Below are positions 21,467 through 31,032 of a DNA stretch of 64,000 nucleotides, piece by piece. The notes beneath the pieces were generated by a model. That model made no database searches and was not told the origin of the DNA. It was given only the letters and a program-made list of their open reading frames with translations. The stretch lies in IMG/VR virus record IMGVR_UViG_3300037336_000025, positions 122,313 through 186,312 of that record. The stretch is one strand, 5' to 3'. A program made the position numbers and the translations under genes. The DNA comes from a virus. Each line of letters begins with the position of its first letter. The stretch's first letter is position 1.

Positions 21467-22546
21467 ATGGCAAAAGCATTTGATATTTCTAAATTTAGAA
21501 AGTCAATCACTAAATCAATCGAAGGTTTAAGTATTGGCTTTAACGACCCAACAGATTGGGTTAGTACAAACAACTACGCATTGAACTATCTTATCAGTGG
21601 ACACTTTGATCGAGGCATTCCACTAGGCAAGGTTACAGTATTTGCTGGAGAATCTGGTGCAGGTAAATCTTTTATCTGTTCGGGCAATCTAGTTAAGAAC
21701 GCACAAGCACAAGGCATCTATCCTATCTTGATTGATACAGAGAATGCGCTTGATGAAAAATGGCTACATGCTCTTGGTGTTGATACAAGTCCAGATAAGT
21801 TGCTAAAACTTAACATGGCTATGATTGACGATGTAGCAAAGACTATCACAGAGTTTATTTCAGAGTACAAAACAATGGACGAACTTGATCGTCCTAAAGT
21901 ATTGTTTATCGTTGATAGCTTGGGCATGTTGTTGACTCCAACCGATGTTAATCAATTCCAAGCAGGTGATATGAAAGGTGATATGGGCCGTAAGCCTAAG
22001 GCACTAACCGCACTTGTTCGTAACTGTGTTAATATGTTTGGTGCTTACAACATTGGTATGGTATGTACTAATCACACATACGCATCACAAGATATGTTTG
22101 ATCCGGATGATAAAATCAGTGGCGGCCAAGGCTTTATCTACGCAAGTTCAATTGTTGTCGCTATGCGCAAGTTAAAGTTGAAACTTGATGCAGACGGTAA
22201 CAAAACTTCAACTGTGCAAGGTATTCGTGCAGCTTGTAAGATTATGAAAACACGTTATGCAAAGCCGTTTGAAAGTGTACAGGTTGAGATTCCTTATGAA
22301 ACAGGTATGAGTCCATATAGTGGATTAGTCGACTTGTTCGAAGCTAAAGGGATGCTCAAGAAAGAAGGTAACAGCCTAGTATACATAACCAGTGATGGCG
22401 AAATTATCAAACAGTTCCGTAAGCCGTGGGAACGTAATGAAAAGAAAGGTCTCGATGTTATTATGGCAGACATTTCGAAACATGGCGAAAAATCCGATTC
22501 AGAGATAACTACTATTGTTGAACCTGAAACGGAGATTACTGAATGA
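21467..22546 (+). CDS. uvsX: RecA-like recombinase UvsX
   Basis: FAGESGAGKS Walker A, IDTE, IVDSLG, SGGQGFIYASSIVV. Confidence 0.92.
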   Translation: MAKAFDISKFRKSITKSIEGLSIGFNDPTDWVSTNNYALNYLISGHFDRGIPLGKVTVFAGESGAGKSFICSGNLVKNAQAQGIYPILIDTENALDEKWLHALGVDTSPDKLLKLNMAMIDDVAKTITEFISEYKTMDELDRPKVLFIVDSLGMLLTPTDVNQFQAGDMKGDMGRKPKALTALVRNCVNMFGAYNIGMVCTNHTYASQDMFDPDDKISGGQGFIYASSIVVAMRKLKLKLDADGNKTSTVQGIRAACKIMKTRYAKPFESVQVEIPYETGMSPYSGLVDLFEAKGMLKKEGNSLVYITSDGEIIKQFRKPWERNEKKGLDVIMADISKHGEKSDSEITTIVEPETEITE

Positions 22547-22773
22547 AAGAAGATTTAATTACGGATATTTGGACTATTGTTATTGAACATATCCCTGAGA
22601 AAGCAAGAAAAGATGTTGCAGCAGATTTTGTAAACGCTTTGCTCGATCATGGGATTAAAGAAAGCGTACTAGAAAGTTTAATGGGCGTAGATCCATATCT
22701 AGATCAGGCTATTGAATATGCAGTAGACGGTGAAGAAATCGAAGAACAAGACGAAGAAGATTACGAGGATTAA
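22543..22773 (+). CDS. Hypothetical acidic protein
   Basis: ATGA overlap with uvsX; clean ORF. Confidence 0.6.
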   Translation: MKEDLITDIWTIVIEHIPEKARKDVAADFVNALLDHGIKESVLESLMGVDPYLDQAIEYAVDGEEIEEQDEEDYED

Positions 22774-23229
22774 ATGAACTGGTACCACAAGGTTAGTAAA
22801 GATATAAGCAATATTCCCGATGCTGTGGCTTATTATGAAGCTGAATTAATTCATGCAAAACAAGATGTCCGCATAGCGGGAAACATTGAGAAGGCAAGTT
22901 CGCAAATGCCCGGCATTGTAGAAAATCGCTTTAATCAACTTCAAGAAATTGAAGGTATCCTTGAGTACTTACACATTGAACTTCGTAGACTTCGTAGTCA
23001 ATATTTTCGCAAGTATCTTGAAAATTATCAACGAGCTTTATCTTCTAGGGACTGTGAAAAGTTCGTAGAAGGTGAAGCTGACGTTGTAGACTTTGAAAAA
23101 ATTATCAACGATTTTGCCCTATTACGTAACAAGTGGTTGGGCATTATTAAAGCACTTGATCAGAAACAATGGCATCTAAGCAATATTGTTAAATTACGAG
23201 TATCAGGATTAGAAGACGCCAGTCTTTAA
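22774..23229 (+). CDS. uvsY: Recombination mediator UvsY
   Basis: Helical; EKFVEGEADVV, GIIKALDQKQWHLSNIVK; adjacent to uvsX. Confidence 0.75.
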   Translation: MNWYHKVSKDISNIPDAVAYYEAELIHAKQDVRIAGNIEKASSQMPGIVENRFNQLQEIEGILEYLHIELRRLRSQYFRKYLENYQRALSSRDCEKFVEGEADVVDFEKIINDFALLRNKWLGIIKALDQKQWHLSNIVKLRVSGLEDASL

Positions 23230-23262
23230 ACACAGCTATAATAGTAGCAGATAAATATCTGC

Positions 23263-24024
23263 ATGAAACGTATTATACTTGTCACTGGTGGATTTGATCC
23301 ACTACATTCTGGGCACATTGCCTACTTCAACGCAGCAAAAGAGTTAGGCGATGTTTTAGTCGTTGGTATCAATAGTGACGGCTGGCTAGAGCGTAAGAAG
23401 GGCCAAGCCTTTATGCCTAGCGCAGAGCGTGTTACGATTATAGAAAACCTAAAAATGGTTAGTCATTGCATCCTGTTTAACGATGATGACAACACTGCTA
23501 TAGAAGCCATCCGCAATGTTAAGATGCTGTATCCCAATGATCGTATTATTTTCGCCAACGGCGGAGATCGAACATTAGATAATATTCCAGAAATGGATAG
23601 CGGTGTAGACAACATAGAATTTGTATTCGGAGTCGGCGGCGAAGATAAAAAAAATTCTAGTAGCTGGATATTGCAAGAATGGAAGGCTCCTAAAACTGAA
23701 CGACAATGGGGATATTATCGAGTCCTGCATGAAGTTCCGGGAATGAAAGTTAAAGAACTTACAGTTAATCCCGGATGCAGTCTTAGTATGCAGCGGCATC
23801 AACTACGTGCAGAATATTGGATTGTTAGCGAAGGCAATGCAGTAATTAATAGCCAAATGAGCAGCGGTTATGTATTGCCTGCAACAGTCCTAGTACCACA
23901 TGAAGAATACAATGTACCTGTTAGAGAATGGCATCAATTAACAAACCCGTTCGATGTTCCTGTTAAAGTTGTTGAAATACAATACGGCAATAGTTGTGTC
24001 GAAGAAGACATTGAAAGAAAATGA
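23263..24024 (+). CDS. HIGH-family cytidylyl/adenylyltransferase fused to a cupin (mannose-6-phosphate isomerase-like)
   Basis: TGGFDPLHSGH, FANGGDR, GVGGEDKKNSSS; then RQWGYY, LSMQRHQLRAEYW, WHQLTNP, EIQYG. Confidence 0.88.
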   Translation: MKRIILVTGGFDPLHSGHIAYFNAAKELGDVLVVGINSDGWLERKKGQAFMPSAERVTIIENLKMVSHCILFNDDDNTAIEAIRNVKMLYPNDRIIFANGGDRTLDNIPEMDSGVDNIEFVFGVGGEDKKNSSSWILQEWKAPKTERQWGYYRVLHEVPGMKVKELTVNPGCSLSMQRHQLRAEYWIVSEGNAVINSQMSSGYVLPATVLVPHEEYNVPVREWHQLTNPFDVPVKVVEIQYGNSCVEEDIERK

Positions 24025-24695
24025 TTAACGTATTCATTGGGTACGACACTCGTGAGGACATTGCATATCAGGTGTGTAAACACAGCATTCTGAGCAAACA
24101 GTCCAATGCGGTTGTTACGCCGTTAGTACAAAAAGAACTTAGAGATTCTGGTTGGTATACGCGATCAATTGACAAACTTGCAAGCACTGAATTTACATTT
24201 ACACGATTTTTAGTCCCGCAACTTTGCAATTTTAACGGTTGGGCAGTGTTTATGGACTGTGATGTGATCTTAACTACAGATATTGAAGAACTAGTTGCAC
24301 AAGCAGATGACCGGTATGCAGTTATGTGTGTGCAACATGACTATACTCCTAAAGAAGGCACTAAGATGGACGGCCGGGCTCAAACGGTTTATCCCCGCAA
24401 GAATTGGTCAAGTGTGATGCTAATAAATTGCGGGCATCCTAGTAATCGAGTACTGAATATAGATCTTGTAAATGATCCCGAAATTAATGGTGCATATTTG
24501 CATCGTTTTAGTTGGCTCAAAGATGAGGAAATTGGAAAATTAGATCATACTTGGAACTATCTAGTAGGAGTTTATAACGACATTACCCGTCCTAAACTAA
24601 TACACTATACAGAAGGCGGCCCTTGGTTTGAAAACTACCGTAATTGTGAATTCCATAATGAGTGGAAAGACGAATTGTTTGAAATGATGAAATGA
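24021..24695 (+). CDS. GT-A glycosyltransferase (GT8-like)
   Basis: VFIGYD.RE, STEFTFTRF, FMDCD (DxD), YPRKNWSS, HYTEGGPW. Confidence 0.85.
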   Translation: MINVFIGYDTREDIAYQVCKHSILSKQSNAVVTPLVQKELRDSGWYTRSIDKLASTEFTFTRFLVPQLCNFNGWAVFMDCDVILTTDIEELVAQADDRYAVMCVQHDYTPKEGTKMDGRAQTVYPRKNWSSVMLINCGHPSNRVLNIDLVNDPEINGAYLHRFSWLKDEEIGKLDHTWNYLVGVYNDITRPKLIHYTEGGPWFENYRNCEFHNEWKDELFEMMK

Positions 24696-25486
24696 TATTT
24701 CTAAGTAAAGACGGACAAGACGAATATATTAATATGTTTGCCAAGGGATGCAACGGCGTTCCGATAGACACTGAAAAGTTTGTCTACGCAGAATCTACTG
24801 ATCCTATAGTATTACGTGGCATTCTCAAACATAAAATAATGAAACAATGCTGGCAAGATAGTAGAGATTTCTACTACATTGATACTGGTTATTTTGGAAA
24901 TGAACGCAACACTAACAATCCTAACGGATGGAAATATTGGCACCGCATTGTAAAGAATGACTTACAACACAGCAATATTATTACTAGGCCCGACGACAGA
25001 TTTAAACAGTTTGATAAAAAGTTTAGACCATGGAAAAAAGACGGACGTAAGATTTTAATTGCGGCTCCGGACGAAAAACCTTGTAAGTTCTACAGTATTA
25101 CTAAAGACGAGTGGATAAAACAAACTGTAGACAATATCAAGCAATACACTGATCGTCCTATTGAAGTTAGAGAACGAGCAGCAAAGCGCATTGATAGAAT
25201 TGCTAATGACACTCTTCAAAATGCATTAGATAACGACGTATTTGCTCTAGTTACTTACAATAGCGTAGCCGCAATAGAAAGTATATTTCATGGTATACCT
25301 GCATTTACATTAGCTCCGACTAATGCTGCGAGTCCTGTAGCATTACAGGACCTAAGTCAGATAGACACGCCCTACTATACAGATCACGATAAATTATATG
25401 CATGGGCTTGCCATTTATCGTATGGTCAGTTCCATAATGATGAAATGAAAAATGGAAAAGCATGGAGAATATTACGTGAAAGTTAA
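24692..25486 (+). CDS. KpsS/KpsC-like (capsule-synthesis, GT-B) paralog 1
   Basis: LVTYNSVAAIESIFHGIPAF...LSYGQF..DEMKNGKAW. Confidence 0.6.
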   Translation: MIFLSKDGQDEYINMFAKGCNGVPIDTEKFVYAESTDPIVLRGILKHKIMKQCWQDSRDFYYIDTGYFGNERNTNNPNGWKYWHRIVKNDLQHSNIITRPDDRFKQFDKKFRPWKKDGRKILIAAPDEKPCKFYSITKDEWIKQTVDNIKQYTDRPIEVRERAAKRIDRIANDTLQNALDNDVFALVTYNSVAAIESIFHGIPAFTLAPTNAASPVALQDLSQIDTPYYTDHDKLYAWACHLSYGQFHNDEMKNGKAWRILRES

Positions 25487-26471
25487 AATTTTTATGAATA
25501 CTGCCGGCACAAATCACGAAAGAGACATTCTTCGTATGATGCACGACGGTATCAAAGATAAAGTAGAACCAAAATCTAAACAAAAGTTTAACGAGTGGAA
25601 ACAAATAAACAAAGAATTAGGTCTAGGTGCCGGAGTCGAATATGCATACAACGAAAAGTATTCTACATGTGACGTAGGAGTCATGTTAGGCAGTTGGAAA
25701 ACAGATCGTTCTAATATACATCATATTGTTAGATGTAGCATTGCTGATCAATCAACATGTTTTATTTGCGTTGAGACACCGTTATTAGGACGTCAAGTAC
25801 TTAAAGAAAATACACATCAGCGTGTAGGTATAAACGGATTTTTAAATCGTGCTGCTATTTTTGGAGAAGAACTAGATTACCCAGATGATCGATTAATAGA
25901 TTTAAAAATTAACTATGCAGGATGGAATAAAAATAAAGGCAATAAAATTGTAGTTGCCTTACAACTTGCCGGTGATGCTAGTTTAAGACATAACGATATT
26001 AACGAGTGGTGTAAAGACACTGTAGATGAGCTTAGACTCCATACAGATAGACCTATAGAAATAAGAACGCATCCGGCAATGAGTGCAAAAGGATGGGGTA
26101 GTCACGAAGAATTATTTAGAGACTTTTTGTTTGGTAATTATAAAAATATTTCTTTTGTGAACGGCCGAGAAGTTCCTTGGGAAAAACAAATATTAGACGC
26201 ATACTGTGTAATTACATATACTAGCGGGCTAGCAATTGATGCAATAGTAAGAGGTATTCCAGTTATAGCATGTGACGAAGGAAACTTTGCTTGGAATGTA
26301 GCTGAACGCAAATTAAGAAATATAGAAAGTTTAAATCTAGCTAAAGACGAACAAGTAAATCAATGGCTTAAAAATTTAGCCTACTGCCAGTGGACTCCGG
26401 CAGAAATGGAAAGTGGTAGGTGTTGGGATCATTTAAAAAGTTCAATCGATAAAGTAATCAACGATCAATGA
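25476..26471 (+). CDS. KpsS/KpsC-like paralog 2
   Basis: GTG start after GGAG; IRTHP, ITYTSGLAIDAIVRGIP, LAYCQWTPAEMESG. Confidence 0.6.
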   Translation: MKVKIFMNTAGTNHERDILRMMHDGIKDKVEPKSKQKFNEWKQINKELGLGAGVEYAYNEKYSTCDVGVMLGSWKTDRSNIHHIVRCSIADQSTCFICVETPLLGRQVLKENTHQRVGINGFLNRAAIFGEELDYPDDRLIDLKINYAGWNKNKGNKIVVALQLAGDASLRHNDINEWCKDTVDELRLHTDRPIEIRTHPAMSAKGWGSHEELFRDFLFGNYKNISFVNGREVPWEKQILDAYCVITYTSGLAIDAIVRGIPVIACDEGNFAWNVAERKLRNIESLNLAKDEQVNQWLKNLAYCQWTPAEMESGRCWDHLKSSIDKVINDQ

Positions 26472-27403
26472 AAACAGTAGCATGTTATCACCGAACGGTA
26501 CCTAATGCTAAAAGTCAAGAAAAAATAGATATATTAAGACTTTTTTCTTTAGGTGTACAAGCTGCGGGTGATAAATCAATAGATGTTAATGATTGTAATT
26601 ATACTTCGTCCGACGTTGGAATTATACAAGGTTGGCTAGGACATAATGCGGGACTAACCTCGCATTTAAAATTAAGAAATACTGTAATTAAAAACCAACT
26701 AAAAAATAACAAATATGTTATTACAGCAGACAGTAATTTATTTTTATATGCTAATACATCTAATAAACCTCACCATTATCTAAGGTATAGTTTTAACGGA
26801 GTATTTCCTAGTACTGGCATATATTGCGACACACAAGTAGATACTAATCGCTGGAAACAAGTAAGCAAAGACTTAAACATATCATTAAAAGATTATAGAA
26901 CTTCAGGTAATCATATATTGCTTTGCTTACAGCGTAATGGCGGGTGGAGTATGGGCAATACCAATATACAAGACTGGACTATTAGCACTATAAACAAAAT
27001 AAGACAGTATACTGATAGGCCAATTATTATCAGACCTCATCCTGGAGACAAGCAAAGTAAAGCAATACTAACTCCTGGAAATCCTCACTGCAGATTACCG
27101 TTTTCTAATAATATTACATTGTCTACCAATCAATCAATTATAGATGATTTAAAAAATTGTTGGGCTGCTGTTAATTATAATTCAAGTCCCGTTGTAGGAG
27201 CAGCAATTGAAGGTGTTCCTATATTTGTTGCAGACAAAGAAAAAAGTCAATGTGCAGAAATTGCCAACGCAGATCTAGCACAAATAGAAACTCCAGTATT
27301 ATACGAAAGACAACGTTGGGTAGAGAGATTAGCAATGTTTCATTGGAACTTTGACGAACTAAAAAGTGGCGAGTGTTGGTCACATATGAGGCAATATATA
27401 TGA
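26468..27403 (+). CDS. KpsS/KpsC-like paralog 3
   Basis: IRPHP, VNYNSSPVVGAAIEGVP, LAMFHWNFDELKSG. Confidence 0.6.
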   Translation: MKTVACYHRTVPNAKSQEKIDILRLFSLGVQAAGDKSIDVNDCNYTSSDVGIIQGWLGHNAGLTSHLKLRNTVIKNQLKNNKYVITADSNLFLYANTSNKPHHYLRYSFNGVFPSTGIYCDTQVDTNRWKQVSKDLNISLKDYRTSGNHILLCLQRNGGWSMGNTNIQDWTISTINKIRQYTDRPIIIRPHPGDKQSKAILTPGNPHCRLPFSNNITLSTNQSIIDDLKNCWAAVNYNSSPVVGAAIEGVPIFVADKEKSQCAEIANADLAQIETPVLYERQRWVERLAMFHWNFDELKSGECWSHMRQYI

Positions 27404-28350
27404 AAGTAATTATGCGAGGATTTGAGCCTCCAGTTAGTAAAGTTTATTATCACTGGGATCACGGTCTAGAAAAACATGGCGACAAATACGAAATTATACA
27501 TAACCCAGTATCATATCCGTTAGTTGATGATGCTGATTGTTATTACCAGACAAATTTGCTTAAACCAAAACATAGTTCTAAAGGCAGAGATGCTACGCAG
27601 GGAAATCATTATAAATTTATTTTAGATAGTGAGAAACCGTTTGTTGTATCCGAAAGTAATCCTTTTAGAAAATACGCCGGATATTCTAGATTTGGGTGGA
27701 CCAGTTATAAATGGACAGACGCAAACTGCAACAATTCAAATGTCGGAGATGAGAGATGGAATCAGTATCAGTCCGCTACTAACATCACTATTAAAGACTG
27801 GCATAGTCCTGGAAATAACATCATTATCATGGGACAAAAAGAAAATGACAGTTCATTGATTTCTCTTTACGAAAAATACGATACATTTTGGGATTGGGTC
27901 ATAGAAGTGGTGTTGACTGTAAGAAAATATTCAGATAAGCCTATTAAAATTAGACCTCATCCTAAAAATATTATAAGAAGTGTTCGCGGAATTAAAGAAA
28001 CTATTTCTAGATTAAACATTAAAAATGTAGAGTTAGCAGAACATACGCCTGAAGGCGGAAATCAAGGCGGTGAGTCATTAGATAAAGAATTATCCAACGC
28101 TCACTGTGTTATTACATATAATAGTTTAAGTGGCGTAGAATCAGTATGTGAAGGAATTCCTACGTTTGCCTTAGATAACGGTAGTATGGTATGGCCGGTT
28201 GCACACACTGATTTAAGCCAGATAGAAAAGTTAAACTACAACATGCCAATGCAAGAATGGAAAAATAAAATTGCCTATACTATGTGGAATAAAGAAGAAG
28301 TTAGCTCCGGAGCTTGTTGGGCTCATTTAAAAGGCGTGTATTTTAAATGA
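27400..28350 (+). CDS. KpsS/KpsC-like paralog 4
   Basis: ATGA-coupled start 27400; IRPHP, ITYNSLSGVESVCEGIP, IAYTMWNKEEVSSG. Confidence 0.6.
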   Translation: MKVIMRGFEPPVSKVYYHWDHGLEKHGDKYEIIHNPVSYPLVDDADCYYQTNLLKPKHSSKGRDATQGNHYKFILDSEKPFVVSESNPFRKYAGYSRFGWTSYKWTDANCNNSNVGDERWNQYQSATNITIKDWHSPGNNIIIMGQKENDSSLISLYEKYDTFWDWVIEVVLTVRKYSDKPIKIRPHPKNIIRSVRGIKETISRLNIKNVELAEHTPEGGNQGGESLDKELSNAHCVITYNSLSGVESVCEGIPTFALDNGSMVWPVAHTDLSQIEKLNYNMPMQEWKNKIAYTMWNKEEVSSGACWAHLKGVYFK

Positions 28351-28360
28351 ACGTTTACAT

Positions 28361-28939
28361 TTATCTTTTTACAAAGAATAGTCCGTTGTTTTGAATCCAT
28401 GCCTTTTTACTGACTTTATCTTTCTTTACATTCATCGTAGTTACTTCTCTAATTTTTTTAGTTGTGTTTGCATCGTAACTAAATCCATAATGATCAAATA
28501 CACTAATCCAATATTCTTCAGTATTGCAGTTAACATGATGGTGACCGGCCTTTCCGGGCGGCGCAAAGGTAATTAGCGCATACTTTCCTTTTGCGAAGTC
28601 TTGCATATAGTTGTCTTGATATTCTTCGTATACATGTTCTAAAAATTCCACACTCCAAACTAAGTCTACAAACATGTTAAGAGGACTCGGCCCTACGGTA
28701 TAATCGTGTATAGTAATCCATAAAGGATCAATATCTCTTTCAACTGTAAAATCTCCATCAATACCAGAAGCCGCAATTCCGTTCTCTCTTGCAAGTTTTA
28801 CCATTCCTGCAGGACCGCAGCCAATGTCTAGCATTGTTTTAATATTAAACTCTTTTTTAAGAAAATCAAGTGTACCTTGATCAACGTGTGTGCGACCTTT
28901 ATGTCCGCCAAGGTGTTCAGGTAATTTATTCATTTCCAA
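28361..28939 (-). CDS. Class I SAM-dependent methyltransferase
   Basis: MLDIGCGPAG motif I, GIDGD, DLVWSVEFLEHV, HHHVNC. Confidence 0.85.
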   Translation of the reverse strand: MEMNKLPEHLGGHKGRTHVDQGTLDFLKKEFNIKTMLDIGCGPAGMVKLARENGIAASGIDGDFTVERDIDPLWITIHDYTVGPSPLNMFVDLVWSVEFLEHVYEEYQDNYMQDFAKGKYALITFAPPGKAGHHHVNCNTEEYWISVFDHYGFSYDANTTKKIREVTTMNVKKDKVSKKAWIQNNGLFFVKR

Positions 28940-29736
28940 TATTCCTCTGTTCTTTTAATTTTTAAATCGCTTAATTTGCTGCGGCCAATTGATTTGCGAT
29001 CACCTTTTAAATGATCTAAGTAGGCTCCCCATTCACTATTAATTAATGGGTGTCCTTCGCCTGATATTAAATGACTGCTCCAATCTAAATTGTTTAATGT
29101 CTTAAATTTTGTCCTAGCGGCATCAAATACAAAACTATCATGCCATTCATTTAATGTAAAAATACCCGATTCTGCATCATCATACATGCGCTGAAATTCT
29201 CGTAAGAATGATCTTACTAATGGAGATTTAAGATTCATTGAGTACAGACCACACTCGGTATATTTTCCTTTACGACCAAGAAAGCATAAATCTTTATCGA
29301 CAGGAATTAATTGCTCTAAACGCTCTTTAGTAATAGGACTATGACAAATTGTGTCAGCATCCATCCATACTAACACATCTGCATCTGAATACTTTGCACA
29401 ATCAAAAATAGCATAAACTTTATGAGCAAAGCGTACAGCATCCCATTTAAACCCTTTACCTGAATCTTTACGTTTACTACGAATAGGATCAGCGCTAACG
29501 TCTCCATTTGCTTTAGGAACGTTCTTCCATTTTTCTTTAAATTCTGTTAATCCTTTAACGTCGTCTAAACTAGTTAATGAAACATGTCCGTGATGGTTGA
29601 TGATTGGATAACATTTTTCAGGATAGATATGAAGTGTAACTTCTCCAGGCCAATTTTTACAAAAGGTGTCTATCATCTTTTGTGCATACGTCTTTAACCC
29701 TTTTTCGTGAAAGGTTGTTACTACTGCTATTTTCAT
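28930..29736 (-). CDS. GT-A glycosyltransferase
   Basis: AVRFAHKVYAI, VWMDAD (DxD), WHDSFVFD, DHLKG; start MKIAVV via ATGA overlap. Confidence 0.75.
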   Translation of the reverse strand: MKIAVVTTFHEKGLKTYAQKMIDTFCKNWPGEVTLHIYPEKCYPIINHHGHVSLTSLDDVKGLTEFKEKWKNVPKANGDVSADPIRSKRKDSGKGFKWDAVRFAHKVYAIFDCAKYSDADVLVWMDADTICHSPITKERLEQLIPVDKDLCFLGRKGKYTECGLYSMNLKSPLVRSFLREFQRMYDDAESGIFTLNEWHDSFVFDAARTKFKTLNNLDWSSHLISGEGHPLINSEWGAYLDHLKGDRKSIGRSKLSDLKIKRTEEYWK

Positions 29737-30140
29737 GGTTGAAATTTCCATATGTGGTATACACTATGTTGATCGACACAGCGATAATGATTTTTATATA
29801 ATGTTTGAGATTTATCTCTACCAATAGGATCATTGCCCTCTATTAAAATTAAAGGGCGCCATTGATGCCATAACGGTAAAGTTTGTTCTAGGCTAGGCAA
29901 GTATTCTAAATCTACAAGAATTGCAGTTACATTTATAGCATTCAATATTGAGATTATCGATTCTTTAGGAACTAAGTTCTTAGCCTTAATACTACTAAGC
30001 TCATTGGAGAATATAAAAACAGTTTCAAATATATCTAACAGATCAGTTAATCGTTTGAACCCATTGCCGATGACTACTGCATTTTGTGGATGCTTTGATA
30101 ACTTAGATAATCTTTTTTTAAACTTGTCCATAAGAATCAT
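29733..30140 (-). CDS. Hypothetical protein (possible degenerate Rossmann/methyltransferase fold)
   Basis: AVVIGNGF; located in the glyco cluster. Confidence 0.5.
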   Translation of the reverse strand: MILMDKFKKRLSKLSKHPQNAVVIGNGFKRLTDLLDIFETVFIFSNELSSIKAKNLVPKESIISILNAINVTAILVDLEYLPSLEQTLPLWHQWRPLILIEGNDPIGRDKSQTLYKNHYRCVDQHSVYHIWKFQP

Positions 30141-30167
30141 TAAATACTACTATATTTATAGGATCTT

Positions 30168-31001
30168 ATGCGCTTCAGATTATATCGAGAACACGGTGCC
30201 CTAAATAGTCAACCCATCTTTGATGCGTTTGAAGCTGGCTTGAAATTGCTTGGGCACGAAAGTGTAAAAACCGGAGATGCTATTCCGGTAATTTGGTCAG
30301 TATTGTGGGCCGGCCGAATGGCTGCTAATCAAAAAATTTATGATGAAAGTCGATCCGCCGGAACTCCTATAATTATACTTGAGGTGGGCAGTCTTGTAAG
30401 AGGTACTACTTGGAAAGTTAGTGTTAATCATATTAATGGACTTGGAATATTTGGTAATGATATTAACTTAGATACTGATCGTCCAACTAAGTTAGGAATT
30501 AAGTTAAACCCAATACAAGAAAAAAGACGGGGAGATATTTTAATTGCTACCCAACATTCGCACAGCCTTCAGTGGGCCGGAATGCCATCTATGAAGCAAT
30601 GGACTGAAGATACTATTGAAAAAATTCGACAATATTCTAAAAAAAGAATTGTGGTTAGATATCATCCTAGATCTCCTTTTCCATTAAAAATTAGAAATAT
30701 TTTTATAGAAACTCCAAAAAGAATAATTGGGTCGTACGACGATTTTGATATTTTTTATGGGTATCATTGCGTTATAAATTATAACAGCGGTCCTGCAGTT
30801 CAAGCAGCAATAAATGGTATACCAGTTATTTGTGACCATTCAAGTTTAGCAGGTCCGTTATCTGGTACAATTGAAAACATCAACAACATTGTACTACCAG
30901 ATAGAGAAGACTGGTTCTTAAGGCTTTGTCACACAGAATGGACTATTGGTGAAATTACTAAAGGTATACCATTAACAAGATTGTTGGGTAAGATTAGTTG
31001 A
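30168..31001 (+). CDS. KpsS/KpsC-like paralog 5
   Basis: VRYHP, INYNSGPAVQAAINGIP, LCHTEWTIGEITKG. Confidence 0.6.
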   Translation: MRFRLYREHGALNSQPIFDAFEAGLKLLGHESVKTGDAIPVIWSVLWAGRMAANQKIYDESRSAGTPIIILEVGSLVRGTTWKVSVNHINGLGIFGNDINLDTDRPTKLGIKLNPIQEKRRGDILIATQHSHSLQWAGMPSMKQWTEDTIEKIRQYSKKRIVVRYHPRSPFPLKIRNIFIETPKRIIGSYDDFDIFYGYHCVINYNSGPAVQAAINGIPVICDHSSLAGPLSGTIENINNIVLPDREDWFLRLCHTEWTIGEITKGIPLTRLLGKIS

Positions 31002-31026
31002 CATCTGTGTTGGGCGGTGCTATAAT
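30998..31026 (+). promoter_or_regulatory. sigma70-type promoter, 6 nt before ATG31033
   Basis: TTGACA-N17-TATAAT-N6-ATG, no SD. Confidence 0.75.
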
Positions 31027-31032
31027 AGTTAA

